Source: Phallusia mammillata
Taxonomy: Eukaryota
Reading direction: 5' to 3'
NCBI GenBank assembly: GCA_965637545.1
Contig: OZ281499.1
Span: forward strand, 9,982,001-10,046,000
DNA length: 64,000 bases
Position numbers and translations under genes: made by a program
The notes under the pieces: model-generated
The model's input: the letters and a program-made list of their open reading frames with translations, nothing else
The model's database searches: none
What the model was told of the DNA's origin: nothing
In this document: positions 13,581 to 33,085 of the stretch, piece by piece
Position numbering within the stretch: the stretch's first letter is position 1
Layout of the letters: the number at the start of each line of letters is the position of its first letter

Positions 13581-16500
13581 CCAGAAAAAGTATTCAAACT
13601 TCCGTTCCGACTCGAGTCATTTTCAAACCGGATGAGCGACAGGAATTGATCGAAAATTGTCAGCGAGCTCATGGTGAGATTGATGAGCTGAGGGACAGAT
13701 TGGAACGTATGGCGGATGATTATAAGTTGAAGATGAAAACAGCGGTTGATCAGGAAAAACACAAATCGGTGCGAAATATATTTTGGCTCATAAGCTTCGG
13801 TTAAGCTAAAAAAATTACTCGTACTAATAATAACAGTTTGTTAAGTTAGACTTTATGGCGGATTTTAAAATAGAGGGATGTTTATATAAGCTGTTGCTGC
13901 TATCAAAATTATAGAGCTCTTCTGGCAATGGTATTTTGTACCGACATTTTGACGTCCTATACAGGTCGCCTTCATCAGGGTAAATTACACTTAATGCACA
14001 CATTTTATATACAAGTCCTGTATATAAAATACAATTGCCAGAAGAGCTCTATAAAAAGAGGGTTGTTTATTTAATTAATTGTCGTTTGAAAGTTCCAATT
14101 ACTTGCTAAAATTTCTCAACCTCTAAACGTTTTACATGTATAAAGCATTGTTATTTGATTATACGCCTCAACCAATTTATAAAAACTTTATGTGACAACA
14201 GCCAACTTGTATTACTGTATAAGTGCAAAACTTTCTTAAAAAAGGGAAAAGTTCAGCCATCAACTTTAATTTCAGCCACGAATGTTGGGAAGAAAAAATG
14301 AAATGGAGAAACGACATTTAAAGCTTCATGTAAAGCCAAAAAACGCACCAAACCACCTTAAAAATTAAATTTCACCCCTGCGGGTCGTTCGCCTAACCTT
14401 ACCAACCATTTGGTAACAAGTAACATTTTTATTATAACTTATTAATACAACAGTTGTATGACCTGTTAAGGAATGGTTCGTTTACCTCGCAGCTTAAATT
14501 ATCTGGTAACTTTTTTGCCATTTACTGTACAACTTTTAATTCAAATGGACAGGTATTGGACAAGATGAAAAACGAAGAGGAACTACAAAACCTATGCTTT
14601 GCAGTTTGCGACGAAACGATGAGAGTACAGAAGGAAATGAGAAAGTTTAACGAAAGTTTAAGCGAAGAACTGGGGATGATTATTGGGCTGAAAGGTTAAC
14701 ACTTTGTTTAGTTTTATGCGACTCAAGTGTATATAAACAGGTATGACACATATGGCCGATTATGGCTCAAGCATTTTCGGAAAGTCGGACTGGGCTTTTT
14801 GGGTCGGTATCGGGTTTCAGTTTTCATTAAACGAGCCTGACTTCAAATTAAACCAGATTTGTGTCGTAGATTTGCCTTAGAATGTCGTAGACTTACGTTG
14901 GAATCTCACTTAATTCGCCTAATTCGGACTTTGTTTTAACAAAATTTTGGGTTTGGGCCCCAATATCAGGCCCGCTTACAATTATGTTTTAAACAAAAAA
15001 AGCGTGTCGCTTTGTATCTCTATTTGGGCCGTTTTTTTTTCTGTAAACTTGATTTTATATGTAACCGGTTCGTAGATATATTTCACCGAATGTTGACACA
15101 ATTTTATCATTATTTTCACATAAATGTTTTACCCACATCTACAAGTGCAAATAGAAGTCTTTTACGAAAGATTGGTCAGCACATTTAAACAGGATTCCAT
15201 AATTTTAAATGCTCTCCCAGTTGTTTTGTCTTGTCACTTTTAACAAGTTTAATTTCTTTTTTGTGTAGGAAAGTTGTTTGAAGAGTCGAGTGGGGACAGA
15301 AAACGGAAAACCACAGGACTAATGACAATGCAAGCTTCAGGCTTTGACGGGATCGGCGCTACCCAAACACAACCGCAACCCAAACATGGCGGAACTATGC
15401 AAGGCATAATGGGTGGCGGGGCGCCTCCAGGTGGCCAAGGTGGTGTGGCAGATATGATGGCTATGATGGACGGAGGCATGCAAGGCGGCATGGGTGGTTT
15501 TGGAGCCCAGGGCATGTCTTTTGCTGGTGGCAATGAGCCAACCAGTGATGAAAATTCTGAAGACTTACAGCAGGAGATAGTCAAGCCCGCTGATGGGAAT
15601 TACTGGAAGTCGTTAAGAACCGCTGTGGTGGGAAAAGATGCAGCTTCTCCAAAACCAAAACCTGAAAAGCGTAATTCTTTAGCGGCTAAAGTGTTAGCTG
15701 AAAAGCAGCGACGAGCCAGTATGGCTGTGCCAAGAGAGCCGGATTCAGTGCCTCATTTTAGCAGCGGCTACAGCGCAGACTTTGAGTCGATAAGCGAATG
15801 TGACGATCCCTGTCTTATTGTACCTTCTTCCGGAATTAACCAGGATGACACTTCATCCGTTGTTACCATACGCCTTGAAACTCCTCCAACTGACACTGAT
15901 ACCGCCAACATAGCACCCCAAGTGGGTATTGTTGTGACCAATGCTACTGATTCAGAGGCTCAGCAAGGAGGAGATGAAAATACAGACGAAAATGCTCCGA
16001 AGATGTTGTCTGTCGTTGACCGAAGGATGGCCAGGTTAGGTCAACGTAGAAGGTCGTCTATGATCCCCTTGCAAGATGTACTTCAGATTGCACGAAGATC
16101 GAGCATTCGAGCACCACCTCGTCCAAAGGTCGTAAAATTTCGTGGTTTCTTCCCCGAGTTCGGAGATGGAAAATCAGCCCTTGACAAAAAGAGAGACGCT
16201 CTCTCCCGCGAGGCGGCTGTGCGGAGAAGAAAAGCAAAGTTGGAAGAAGAGGAAGCGCAAAGAAAGAAGGCTAGAAAAAATGCTTTAGCTGCTGCAACAG
16301 GAATAGATGATGATCCACTGAAACAAGCAGAAGTATTTGTCAGAAATATTTCAACAAAGGTTCATCTTTTTTTGTTTGAAAGATTTGACCAAAAGTTATC
16401 GCGGCAATCTCATTTATTAATGTAGTGTATGTTGGGACAAATGTTTTAATATTACTTTTAACAACAAACCCAATCTCGATAACACGGTGCCATTTCTTAT

Positions 16501-19500
16501 CCTTAATCTTAACGGACATGATGCTTTAAATAAATTGCTTGATAGTTTTTTGTTTTAAGTAGACATTTTAGATCATTTAACTGTCTAAGGATTGTCGCGA
16601 AACAGTTTAAAAAAACACTGATCTAGCGTCCTTTATCCTTTGTTTTATATGATCTCCTATACTGTCCTAATGTTTTCGTTAGAGGCGTATTACATTTAGT
16701 TGTCACGTCAGGTATACCCAGAACGATTCACTAAGAGCTAATTATACTTGTGTGTTGAATGCTGCTACACTGACATCTAGCGGTGCCAGTAAGTGTCTCT
16801 TAAATACAAATCTAACTCGTTTATTCACTCGGTTGCTACACCATAGTGCTTCCAACATCGCACTGATGTAGGAAGCACTACATCACTTAAATCTAGAGAG
16901 TCGTACAAGTAAAAACACAAGCATTGAAATGTTCGTAAACCCAGTTTTTCCGTGATAGTGGTGTATAGTATGAAATGTGGAAACAATTACGAAATTCTCG
17001 ATAGAATGCTAATTGATTCCCACAACCAATTTTCCGAACAACACGCAAACTTATTTTTATTAGGTCATGAGCTTTTTATCGGGTATGAGCACAAACTTGG
17101 TGGACGCCATCAAAACAGAGAAGCTCCAGACTGGTGCAAAACTGCAACAAGTTGAGCAAGATCTGGTGGCAGTGAGGGTGCAAGCTCAAGCCGAGGTGGC
17201 AGCAGCAAAGAAAGAAAAAGATAAGAAAGCTATGGAAGCTAGAAAAGCAAAAAAGGCACTGATCAGCTTTATCACAGGAAGTGATGATCTAAAGGTAGAT
17301 GACGTTTTACCTTAAGCCCCACTATTAACCTAAGCTATAATTTTAAATATATTCTTTGTTGGTATTCCTTATAGAATCTTGAAAATGTGATAGGCTACTT
17401 TTAAAACACGTAGAATGGCAGAAGTTCTTGTTATGTGCGACATTTTGGGTAAGTTTAGGTTTTAAATTGGATTTCAGGCTTTCTGCCAGGCAGATACACT
17501 TTTAAACATAACTGTTTTGGACGACAATGTACGTCTATGTCATGTTATCTATGTTAATATACAGCCCTTATTAAAAAAGGTAATAAGTAGCTTACCGTAA
17601 AGCTGAAGTCAACGAGAAAATGTTATATACAGCAGCAAAGTCAATGGACATCAGAATCAAGTGGATCGGATACGAATCTCATTCCAGCAAATATATTAGC
17701 CGGTTTGAAACAGGCAGAAGACGAGATCGTTACGATTCAAAATAGATTGCTAAAAGCCGCAAAGAAACATTCAAGACTTGCTGAGGACTTTCAGTAAGTT
17801 TTCTGCATGCCGTGTAGGCTCAGTAAAGATTCATAATAACAATGTAAAGTATCCTTTAAATTTGACAATTTTTATAGAAATAGCCACGTAACATATGAAA
17901 CTTTAGTCTAAATTTGGTTCTAGGACTTTCAAATGACAAGTTGCTTTTTTTAGTTTTATTAATTAACGTTTTGGGATATAACCATGCTTTTTATTCAAGC
18001 TGATGTATGACATTGTCTACAAAAGAGTTCACTTTGAACCACAAATACAGTGTTTCAGCACACAAATCTGCACCACAACATATAAGAACACATTAAAATA
18101 TCTGTAACCCTAATCCTTTTGCCCCAATTATGTTGCCTTAAAGAAAGAAGTACATGGTGTGTTCGAGAAATAGTGTTTTGTCTGATTCAGACATCGATCG
18201 TTTGAGCTTTCGTCCAAAGTAAGGGACAACGAACGCGCAAGAGCAAAAGCACAAGCTGAGCTCAAGCGCAAAGAGGCAGAAAACAAGGCTTTGCGTGTAC
18301 AGTTGCACGAATTTCGGAAAGCTGAAACACAAAAGATGTTTATGAGCCTTCAGGAACACCAAACTAACCAATGCTGTTTGGAGGGCTGTACTGGTCTCGA
18401 CGTCAACATTAAGAGGGTGGGCACTTTGTTGTAGTAACGTCGCTTGATTCATAAGTAATTACCTGTGCGTATGTTGCAAAGAGTAAGCCATGGATTTTAT
18501 TGGACTTGACTTTATCTCAGTGACATTATGTTTTGTAAGGACCCGTTTTGAATTGGTAACTTTAAAAAATTTTTTTTTTTTTTACATAATCCACATTTGG
18601 TTTAAACACATTATTTCACAATTACTTGGACTTGATTTGAGTGTCCGTTAAGGACTCGACTTGACCTGAGTTAGATACTTACAAGACTCGGACTAATTAA
18701 GTGACTCAACTTGTGACTCGAACATGAAAATATTTTGTTTAGTCATTTCCATCTAGTGTCCTACTCAAGTCACATACTTTTAAGACTCGAATTAAGTGAG
18801 TAACTCCACTTGGTCTTGGTTATGAAAACATTTTATCTAATCTCCCCATGGTTTATAATCCACAAATTAAACTGATTATCTCTTAACACGAGTGTCACTG
18901 TATGCTTAAAAGACGTAAACTAAAAAGTGAATTCACTTGTAACACGGATAGGCCTAAGAAAGCTTTGGGTACAACTCGGTGCTTGCTAACCCTTTAAGAC
19001 TGGACCCACCACTCACAGTTCAGTCTTTCATCAGCTTGGTTTAGCACTGCTCAAAAAGTCTATGATGTATCCGCGCATACGACTTCAAAACCTGGTAGTG
19101 AGATACAAGCAACATTGCGTGATACAGAATTGCATTAACTCGTTACGACGCAAGCTGAAGGAAGAAGAAAGTTCGAGAATAAGGATCTACGGTCATAGGG
19201 AGTCGGTAAGATGTGGATTGTTATACAACAAACCTTAAAAGATTTTGATTTGAAATCGATATTTTTGGGAATTGCATTGTGAGTGTAGTTGGTAGTGGAC
19301 TGATCAAGGAAAATCTCATTTTTACCACCATGGTAGGTTTTTTTGCTTTGCAAATGAAATTAATGTTGTTGTTTTTTACTTTGGAGAACTTTCTAGAGTC
19401 TAGACTGTGACATTTAAAAAGGATAGGCCTACGATTTTATGAATTAAATAATTACAATAATTATTGTTCCAGGAGAATTATGTGCTGATTTTTGCGCCGT

Positions 19501-20897
19501 ATCTTTAAATTAAAGGTTAATTCCCAACACAATAATACCAGAATTATTTATTTTTTGATTTCACGTACAGCTATCACTCAAGTAAAACGTACCCTTATTC
19601 TCGATTGTTTCACCGCTTTCGGTTTAAATTAGTCCTAAACATTGTACTTTTTTGTACTTGCGACCCTTATACGTATTCGGTCTTTGCTTTGAAACTTCTT
19701 TTCAGAGGGAAGTCAGAAACGAGAGGAAACTTCTTTACGATCTTCTTCGCCGCTTGGAATGTCGTCATGGGATGTTGGGACGGGAGTGGGAACAAATTCG
19801 ACGGAACTTAGAGGAGAACAGACAAAAAACTCTAATTAAACTCACTGTTCTCTTTCACAAACTTCGACAGGAACGAAGAGACATCAATCTCGTACAACCA
19901 ACGATATTAAGAAGTAAGTCAACGATTAGAACAATACATTATCTGATTTTTGTTTTGCTTTTTTTCGCTATGTAGAGGCCCCTCCCCGCCTAAACCAGTG
20001 ACGACCAACCGATCGCAAGGTATCAATGTCACCTCCTTCCTAGTTCAAATCTAAGAAAACGCATCAGGCAGAATAACGAGAAAAAAATAATAAACCAGTT
20101 GTGTCAAATTGTAACACCCCCGTGGTTTTTATTTTTTTGTTAAAATCACTCTGTACAGTTTAGGGCCTAACTTCACATGTGGCGTATTTGGGCAGCAATT
20201 TTATCAGCTTTCGTGCCTAGTTTGGGCTTTGTTTTGGGATTCGAGACAGGTTTCGGGTTTGCACTTTCGGATTCGGCCCCACTTACAACTCTGGTACAGT
20301 TTATTTTAACTTCAAAAAAATTTCGATTTTTTTTAAGTAGCTTTGAAAATTTGGCGCAGCCTCTTCCAATGGGTTATAAACCCGAAACGCCCAACAAGAA
20401 ATCTAGGGAATGAAATTACTATTTATTTTAAATAACCCAATTAACCAAGAACAATTAACACAAGATATGTTATCCTTGCAGTCACAGGCCATGGTGGAGA
20501 AAGAAGACACCACAATTCTCCAGAGCCGGATAATTTCAAACCGCCATGCAAAGATTACCGTGTGGTTTTTCCACATAGCGCATACGGGATATGTGGCCAG
20601 CGCGCCGCCCCAAATACGCCTGTGTCGACAGCCAGCGACACCACCGAAAAGTTGCCGCCGATAGAGCCGACTGTTCCGATCGTTGCCCCCTCCAACAGTT
20701 TTGATATTGTTGGCACCAAGCCGCCTGAAGACAAGACGAAATTAAAGCAACCAGCTACTGAATGGTGCCCACAGGATAGCCTGTTCTGTCCCTTTTCAAA
20801 CAGGTTTGCTGTTGAAATATATGGCTGGGTTTGCGAGGACATACTCATGTATCAGTCCTACAGCGTTTGTGTAGAAAAAAGACTGCACATTTACTAA
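13581..20897 (+). CDS. Uncharacterised large protein (about 970 aa) with coiled coils and a Gly/Met-rich low-complexity segment; first coding exon not found
   Basis: join(13581..13768,14553..14694,15269..16359,17064..17294,17633..17793,18191..18416,18999..19205,19706..19913,19978..20019,20482..20897), phases consistent. This needs the distal tandem acceptor at 19977. Confidence 0.75.
13910..14052. mobile_element. Penelope-like palindromic remnant with a decayed hammerhead motif (13939-13982, minus)
   Basis: Inverted arms atagagctcttctggcaat / attgccagaagagctctat. Minus strand reads tacc-CTGATGA-a-stemII-AAAAT-GTC-ggta, so GAAAC is mutated. Confidence 0.6.
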
Positions 20898-21304
20898 CTT
20901 ACAATACACTAGGCCTGAATAGAAATGTCTTGAATCTAAAATGTCCTGATTTCTAATTGCGTAAAAACTTGGTCTGATTCGGTATAACCCCTCGTACTAA
21001 AATTTCGATTTGTTGTAGAATTCACTAGTTGTAGGCCTAATCATATTTATTTGCTGCAACGTATAAAAACCATTCATTTGCGCTGTATGATTTCTACTGT
21101 TAACATACAATGTATCATTTACAGTAACTTATTCTGCTGCTTATAATCTTACCAGAAGAGATACTTAACTTATACTTTGTTTGTTAATTTTTTTTAGATG
21201 AATTTCTTTCCACTTTAAATATTTTATATAATTTATACGTGTTGGTCATCGTAAGTATAAAAATTCACTTCTAGAATTAATCACAAACAGAATAAATACT
21301 ATGA

Positions 21305-22911
21305 ATGGCGTTTGTGAGCAGATCTGGCCGTTTGGTGCCTGTGAACTCCCGGCAGAGTGCGATGCTTGAAGCTGAAGCTTACAAAAATCATAAACGGTAC
21401 GGAGTAGCCCTTCCACGCCTCACACCAGCCACTAAAGCCAGCCTGCGAAGACATAAGCGATCTCCTCAACTCATAGAATTTCCTCGAATTCTAGAACTGG
21501 ATGTGCAAGCGCGACTTAGGCAGGCCAAGCTTACTGTTGCGAATAATATACAGCTGTATGCCAATGAACGGGCTCAAATGGACGTAACTCACGCCTACAG
21601 CAGCCAAATACACATTCGAGCTTCGGATGCCAGTTCCAGTTGGAATTCATCAATGTCTTGGTTCGGGTCAGAGAGTCTAGGAGAGTTGGGAGAGTTTAAC
21701 GATGACAGCGGTAGAGTGTGATTTTGTTTAGCAGCGGTTTTGTAGAGTTTTAAGTTGGAGAGGTTGCATTGGCGTAGAGTTGTAAATTGGTGTGGTTCTG
21801 CAGTGTTGCAGTTTGTATAGTGGTATTTAAAATTGATTTCGACCTAAATATAAATGCTATATGCACAGGATATGTTTCTCTAACGGTAGGTAAGTTAATG
21901 TTGTCCAAGATCACAAACTGTTTCAGTAAATAATAATTAAAAAAGCAAATGCTTCTGACTCAAAATCAGTAGACACGAAGTTGTTAAAATCGAGATATAT
22001 AATTCACTTATACAGGCGTTGTTTCTTTTATTTGCAAATCAGGGCTCACGAACTCAATCCCTTAATAGAGAAGCTGATTGCAAGTTTGTAGTGAAGTCAT
22101 CACCATTTTGTCTCAATGTGTTTTATCTTTGTAAAACACGTATCTATGTTTTCCTGCAGAGCTTTGCTTTCCACCGTTGGTCACTGATCTAAAGCGGCCC
22201 TCGTCAATTCCAAGCCCACAAAAGAGCAGCAAGCGGAAAGTAGATAAGGAACCATACAACGTTCAGTCATCCTGGTTATTTGCCGATACAAAGCCTACAG
22301 TGTATGTAACTTACATAAAAACCTGGTAAACTATTTATAATGGTCCATGATGGCTTTTGGGCGGCCCACTACTTTTTGATAAACTGGAGATAGCTTCATA
22401 TTAACACACTGAAAGAAGGTCAAAATATTAGCTGTCAATAATTTTGTCACTTTTTACATTTGGGTTTAAAGAAATAGGGTTAAAACGCTTGTTGTTCATG
22501 CTTTCTTACGCACCATGACATTTTTTTGATTAGGCTGGGTGTCCATGGGCTGACACTTGCAGTTGAGAACCACTGACTTATAATGAAAACAACTATACAA
22601 ATCGTGATTAGGGGTATTGCTGTTTTAACCCACTCTTCCTAAAGCCAAAAGCAAGGTACAAATGAGGTAACGATAATAAAAACCTCTCACCATCCACGCA
22701 GGTAACAAATGTTTACGACGTCATAATTGCCTAGTATTTGAGAATTAATTTGAGAACACACCCATTGTCATCACCCAATCCCTGCGTAAATGCGTATATT
22801 TGCAGAAAAACTCCAGCTGCTGAAAAGGCTCCCATGGCAGAAACCACCGCAGCATCTTCACCAAGCAGTGACAGTACATCAAGATCCTCAACCACCTTGC
22901 CACCAATTTAA
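21305..22911 (+). CDS. Orphan 3-exon protein, about 217 aa, Ser/Thr/Pro-rich C-terminus
   Basis: join(21305..21710,22160..22301,22806..22911) = 654 nt. Donor G|gtagag and acceptors ttcctgcag and atttgcag give one open frame ending ...SSTTLPPI*. Confidence 0.65.
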
Positions 22912-23232
22912 TAGTCTTTTTTAGTTCGGTTTTTATTTCAGTTTGAACATATAACACAGAGCTATTGAACATTGTAAAAGAAAATATAAATAGTTCTGCT
23001 GTTTCGGGGTACAGTTTTCACAGGCAAAATGAAATATGGGCTCTCACCAATGTGCATTTTCTGCTGGATTGGTGAATGTGTGTGAATTATCAAGCTGGGT
23101 TGTAAATAGCCGTTTATTGATAGTTGTGTAGGCTAATCCCAGAACAAAAACAGAAGCAACATGTATAGTACAGTGGAAAAACTGTTTGAGGAAAAATAGA
23201 AAGTAGATATTTCGAAAATAATCAACAACAAC

Positions 23233-23784
23233 TTAACTTTGACGTCGACGACTAGGTTGATCCACTACAACTCTCTCAAAGGTATCAGACCGACTGTCAG
23301 TGTTGTGTGACTTTAATACCACAGAAGAGCGACACACAGGGCACGAGTTTCTGTTTTTTAACCACTGTTCGATGCATGGTGTATGAAAACTGTGTTTACA
23401 AGATAAAACGGTCGTTAACTTGAACTCTTGACCCCCGTGTTCTTTGTTGTTTATGACGTCGAGACAAATGGCGCATAAAACTTGGATGCTGCTAGTTGCT
23501 TGCTGTTCTGTCGGTTCAATCTTAGGCCTGGGTGCTTTTTCTGTTGCATAGTTGTGATCGTAACTTCGAGGATTGTAATAATTGTTTCTAACTGTCCTTC
23601 GAAAGCCTCTTTGTGGGGTTGCTGGATTTCCAACTGCGTTTCGTTCGACTGGAATGTTATACCACTGCTGTGGCACATAGTGGGAATATGGAACGACCAT
23701 ATTGCGCACCCAGCATTCTTGGACGTTGTATTCTTGACATCTGTAGCGCACCCGCCGCTGATAATCTGTTTTTAGTGAATACAT
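23233..23784 (-). CDS. RING-H2 zinc-finger protein (putative E3 ligase), intronless CDS, 183 aa
   Basis: CAIC-x19-C-K-H-S-F-H-TP-CIEQWLKNRNS-CPVC is a C3H2C3 RING-H2 pattern. Confidence 0.85.
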   Translation of the reverse strand: MYSLKTDYQRRVRYRCQEYNVQECWVRNMVVPYSHYVPQQWYNIPVERNAVGNPATPQRGFRRTVRNNYYNPRSYDHNYATEKAPRPKIEPTEQQATSSIQVLCAICLDVINNKEHGGQEFKLTTVLSCKHSFHTPCIEQWLKNRNSCPVCRSSVVLKSHNTDSRSDTFERVVVDQPSRRRQS

Positions 23785-26605
23785 ACATAGTTTAAGAAGA
23801 ATGTTCTTGTAAGAATAGGTAGCAGGTATGTTTCGTTTCTCAATTTTTAGTTAAATACAAATGATAAGGACAGCTTCTGTAGGATTTTGTCTACACTGAA
23901 AGCAATAGCTGTCAGTTACTAAAATTACAAAGTCATGGAAATGTTGCTTTGTGTTCCGTAAATTGACATGTAGGCTAAAGATGAAACGTTGTCTGTATAA
24001 CACCATTTAAGAAGTAATAATGTCAAATTGACAAGGTTAGCCAGCCCTGTCGTTTTGCACACAATAGCTAATGAAGCTATTTTGGGGAAAACGGGCAAAA
24101 ATGTTGCAAGTCAAGAGTACTTATACACTCAGACAAACCGTTTCTTACCTTGCCTCGATGATCTTGAACCGTACATATCAATTGTAGCATACATGCAGAA
24201 CAGAGTCCTGTGCTAATACCTATTAAAACAACAACAACACAAAACCTCAGCCCCTTCTTTTGCAAAACGGAAAGCGTCAACGAAATTATACGCGACTGCA
24301 CATGCGTCAAATTGCAAGCTGCGTGACAAAGCAACGCGGTTCGCATTTTTTTTCTCGCAGCGATGTTGTTGCTATAAATTATTAAACACAGCTCTGGGGT
24401 TGGCTTTTGCGTGGAGCGATAAATTTGCAAGGTCGGGCGTCAAAAATACCTGATTAGGTCGTGTTCCAGAAGGTTGAATTAACAGATAACAAGTGTTTGA
24501 CTGCCATGTAGCATTTCCACTTAATAACTAGCGTGCTGGACCATTCTTGCAAAATTAAAAGTTTGATGTTAGAAACATTTTTTGTTACATACGTTGGTTA
24601 ATATATGCCACTTGTTTCGGCTATGACGTCAAATGTGACGTTTTTGTCGTCATTAACGGGCAAATAACTGTACACTAGCTTACTTTGGGTCCATTTGTTA
24701 CACTGTTACAGCAATCGATTTTAGGAACTCCAGAAATCCTTAAACTGAAAAAATAATTCCACTTGTCGTACATCCTATTGCTTGTATGGATGCGAATGCG
24801 TCAATCTTCTTTGACAGGTGAACAATATAGGCGCCGTTGTACGTAACACTTTATTGCTACCATGATACATGACGTCATAACAGGGATGGCACGTCACAAA
24901 CCGGTAAGGGCGACGTAAAAGTGACAAGCAGGTGTTGAAAGATTCACAAACGCGAAACGATGTGAGTTGGCATAAATGAACAGGGTACATTGGTATACAC
25001 ATGGGGCACTTGGTAAAAAATGTACAAGGAAAATGTAATAGGAAATGGGCAAATAGCAGGCAGTGCTTTGCTTAATACTGACAAGTGCCAATTAAGGTAA
25101 CAGGCCAATTGATCTCCTTGAGTTGCAGTAAGCATAGCTCATCATGGACAAAAATGCGTGTGTTGTAATGTTGGCTATCTTGGTCCAAGCCTACTGAATT
25201 TTTTTTCTGGTGGACAAAATACTTTGTCATGCAAAGGCAAAGGTACCAATATGACAGTGAATAGTCAAAATTTGCTTTGGTATTATCAGTTCAAAGCTAT
25301 GTTCAACCAATTTCATGCTGAAGGTAAGAAAGAATCAAATAGTCTGTTAATAGTTTTTCAGGGACCCACCAAAAAGGTACCGATACCAAAATTGTTCCTT
25401 TTAAACAGGGTAACGATTTTTGACCAAAAATCTGCCAAAATGGCGGTAGTTCAATCATATATGTGCCAGATAATGCACAATTAGTTCATTCCTGCAAATA
25501 ATAGTTCATTTTTTTAACTGTCATCATACAAGTACATCATAGCAAACGGCCACTGTAAATTTAGATACTAGGTACATATACGATTGATAATATAAATGCC
25601 TTACGCCGCACTAGACGTTAACAGTTGGTGGTGGATTTACATAGTGCAAACATATATTCGTCAGGGCTACTGCTATAAAAATACGACGATGCTGACAAAA
25701 AGGGACAACGGTACTATATGTTGAAAGCGGTACACGATTTTTACACAAAAGCAAAAAACAAGATCGATTTGATTGAGTAATGTATAGTGTACGCGAGTTA
25801 AAGAGAAACGTACTATTGAATGGTGTATGTTTTAAAGTGAAACCGAACATTGTTTAAATGCATATCCTAGTTTGTCTGAGTTTGCACTGGCAATTACAAA
25901 TAAAAAAGTGTGTTTAGGGAACAATGTTTACCTTTTTTCGCGGGCCAAAGTTTGTTAAATTACAATTTATGGCGAATATTTAACTGCATTTAAGTAAACT
26001 CACAAGATGTTTTCCTGCGAATTCGGATTTTGATAAAAAAAGTATTTGCTTGGTGCTAACCTGCGGTAAGTAAACCCATTAAACTGGTCCAATGTCAAAA
26101 TATAGTTTTAAAATGTGGTTAATTTTACGTTGGGCTCAACAGAGTTGATAAAATTTCAACAGTAGTTCTTTACTGCAAAAGAGTTGGAAACCACTGTCTT
26201 AGAAGAAACTTACGGACTAAAACACTCAAATGTAGTATTATGTATGTGGCGAGTTTATACGTTGCCTAATACAAGTTCAAATATAGTCCATAAGGGAAAA
26301 ATAGCCACAAACCGTTCCTTTAAAACTGACACGCTTTTTCGCAGCCATTTTTCACTGCACAAAGCTCTGCAAAAACCAGCTTTATGGCCTGAGTGTAGAC
26401 AAACGATTGTCAAATTTAACGAGCTGTTTTCATGGAGATATACAAGTTCTCAAAACAGTACCTTCTTAACGCAGCTGTCAACGGTTCACTTGTACATTTA
26501 ACATTAGGACAGTGATTTCAATTCCGCGCCTGAAAGCCAAACCTATTATCAGCAGTGTCCACGATGTTTCAGTGTGGAAAATATTGTCACACCTATTGGT
26601 GGAAG

Positions 26606-32004
<5,399 letters not shown>

Positions 32005-33085
32005 ATTGACTGGTAAATAAATTTCAGGAATACAAAAATACAGATGTCTTATTTAAGTACAAAAGTTGCTGGATCTACATGATGTGGAGCCTGTTACACA
32101 TATACAGGCAAAACATAACAAACGCCTAAAAATGGATTTGGTAAAGAAATATTATCACGTTGGGTACAACTACAAAGACATGCTAGGCTATAGAGCTTTC
32201 GACTCTTAATTTTATACAAATCTTTTTAATGCAGAAAATGTGCATTTTTACTTTAAAGTTGAACGTGGTTTATGTTAGCAAATTGCGTAACTATTTATTC
32301 ACTAAAACAATAATTTCATTACCATAAAAAATACAAATAAGAGCTTCACAACACCAAATTAATCAACACACAAAACGCCTTAAACTCAAGAGTCTCCGAC
32401 TCACTCAGAGTCCGACACATTTTTCTCACGGATAACACAAAAATCATATTTCAAATATGATATCTATGCAAACTGTAATTATTTCGGATTTTTTGAGTTA
32501 AGTTGAGTTGAGTTTATTTCGCTTGGTGAAAGACAACATAGCGACACAATTGCACTAAAACAATCACCAAGCCGGAAATAGCTGCGCAACGTTAAAACGT
32601 TATGGAGCGCATAAAAGTGTCGCAAACGATATTGTCAACAAAGATATGTTGCTATTTTTTACCGTTCTTGTTTGGTAGTGTGTCTTGTTTTGTTGGGTTA
32701 GCTTCGAGTTTAATGCTCATTGTTATCACGTCACCCCCTTTGTACATGATAAGGTGGCTTCGTTGTACGGCGTACAATGTACGCAGTCACTCACACACGT
32801 CATGTCGAAGAGCTAGCCTACTTGCGTAGGAGCCACATGCACCCTCCCCCAAAAAATCCTTTAATTTTATTTGAGGCTATGCCACTGACACGATGACTTG
32901 ATTTTGCAAGATAATTTTTTATTGCAACATTGTATTGATTCAATTCGATACTATTGAATACGTACAGTCATAAATGCAAACGGTGCATACAACAGTTAAA
33001 AATGCTAAAAAGGCTCAAAATATATATTTATAAATTCCACACGCAAACAAAGATAAATAACATAACTAAAATTGATATGTTTAAA

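Noticed and set aside
23451-23795. ORFs overlapping the RING gene (also 15249-15584, 20555-20848, 27304-27531)
   Set aside because: Antisense or alternative-frame shadows of real coding exons.
24430-26600. Short ORFs between the RING gene and SMAD4
   Set aside because: No consistent splice structure or coding bias; more likely SMAD4 3-prime UTR and RING promoter or intergenic sequence.
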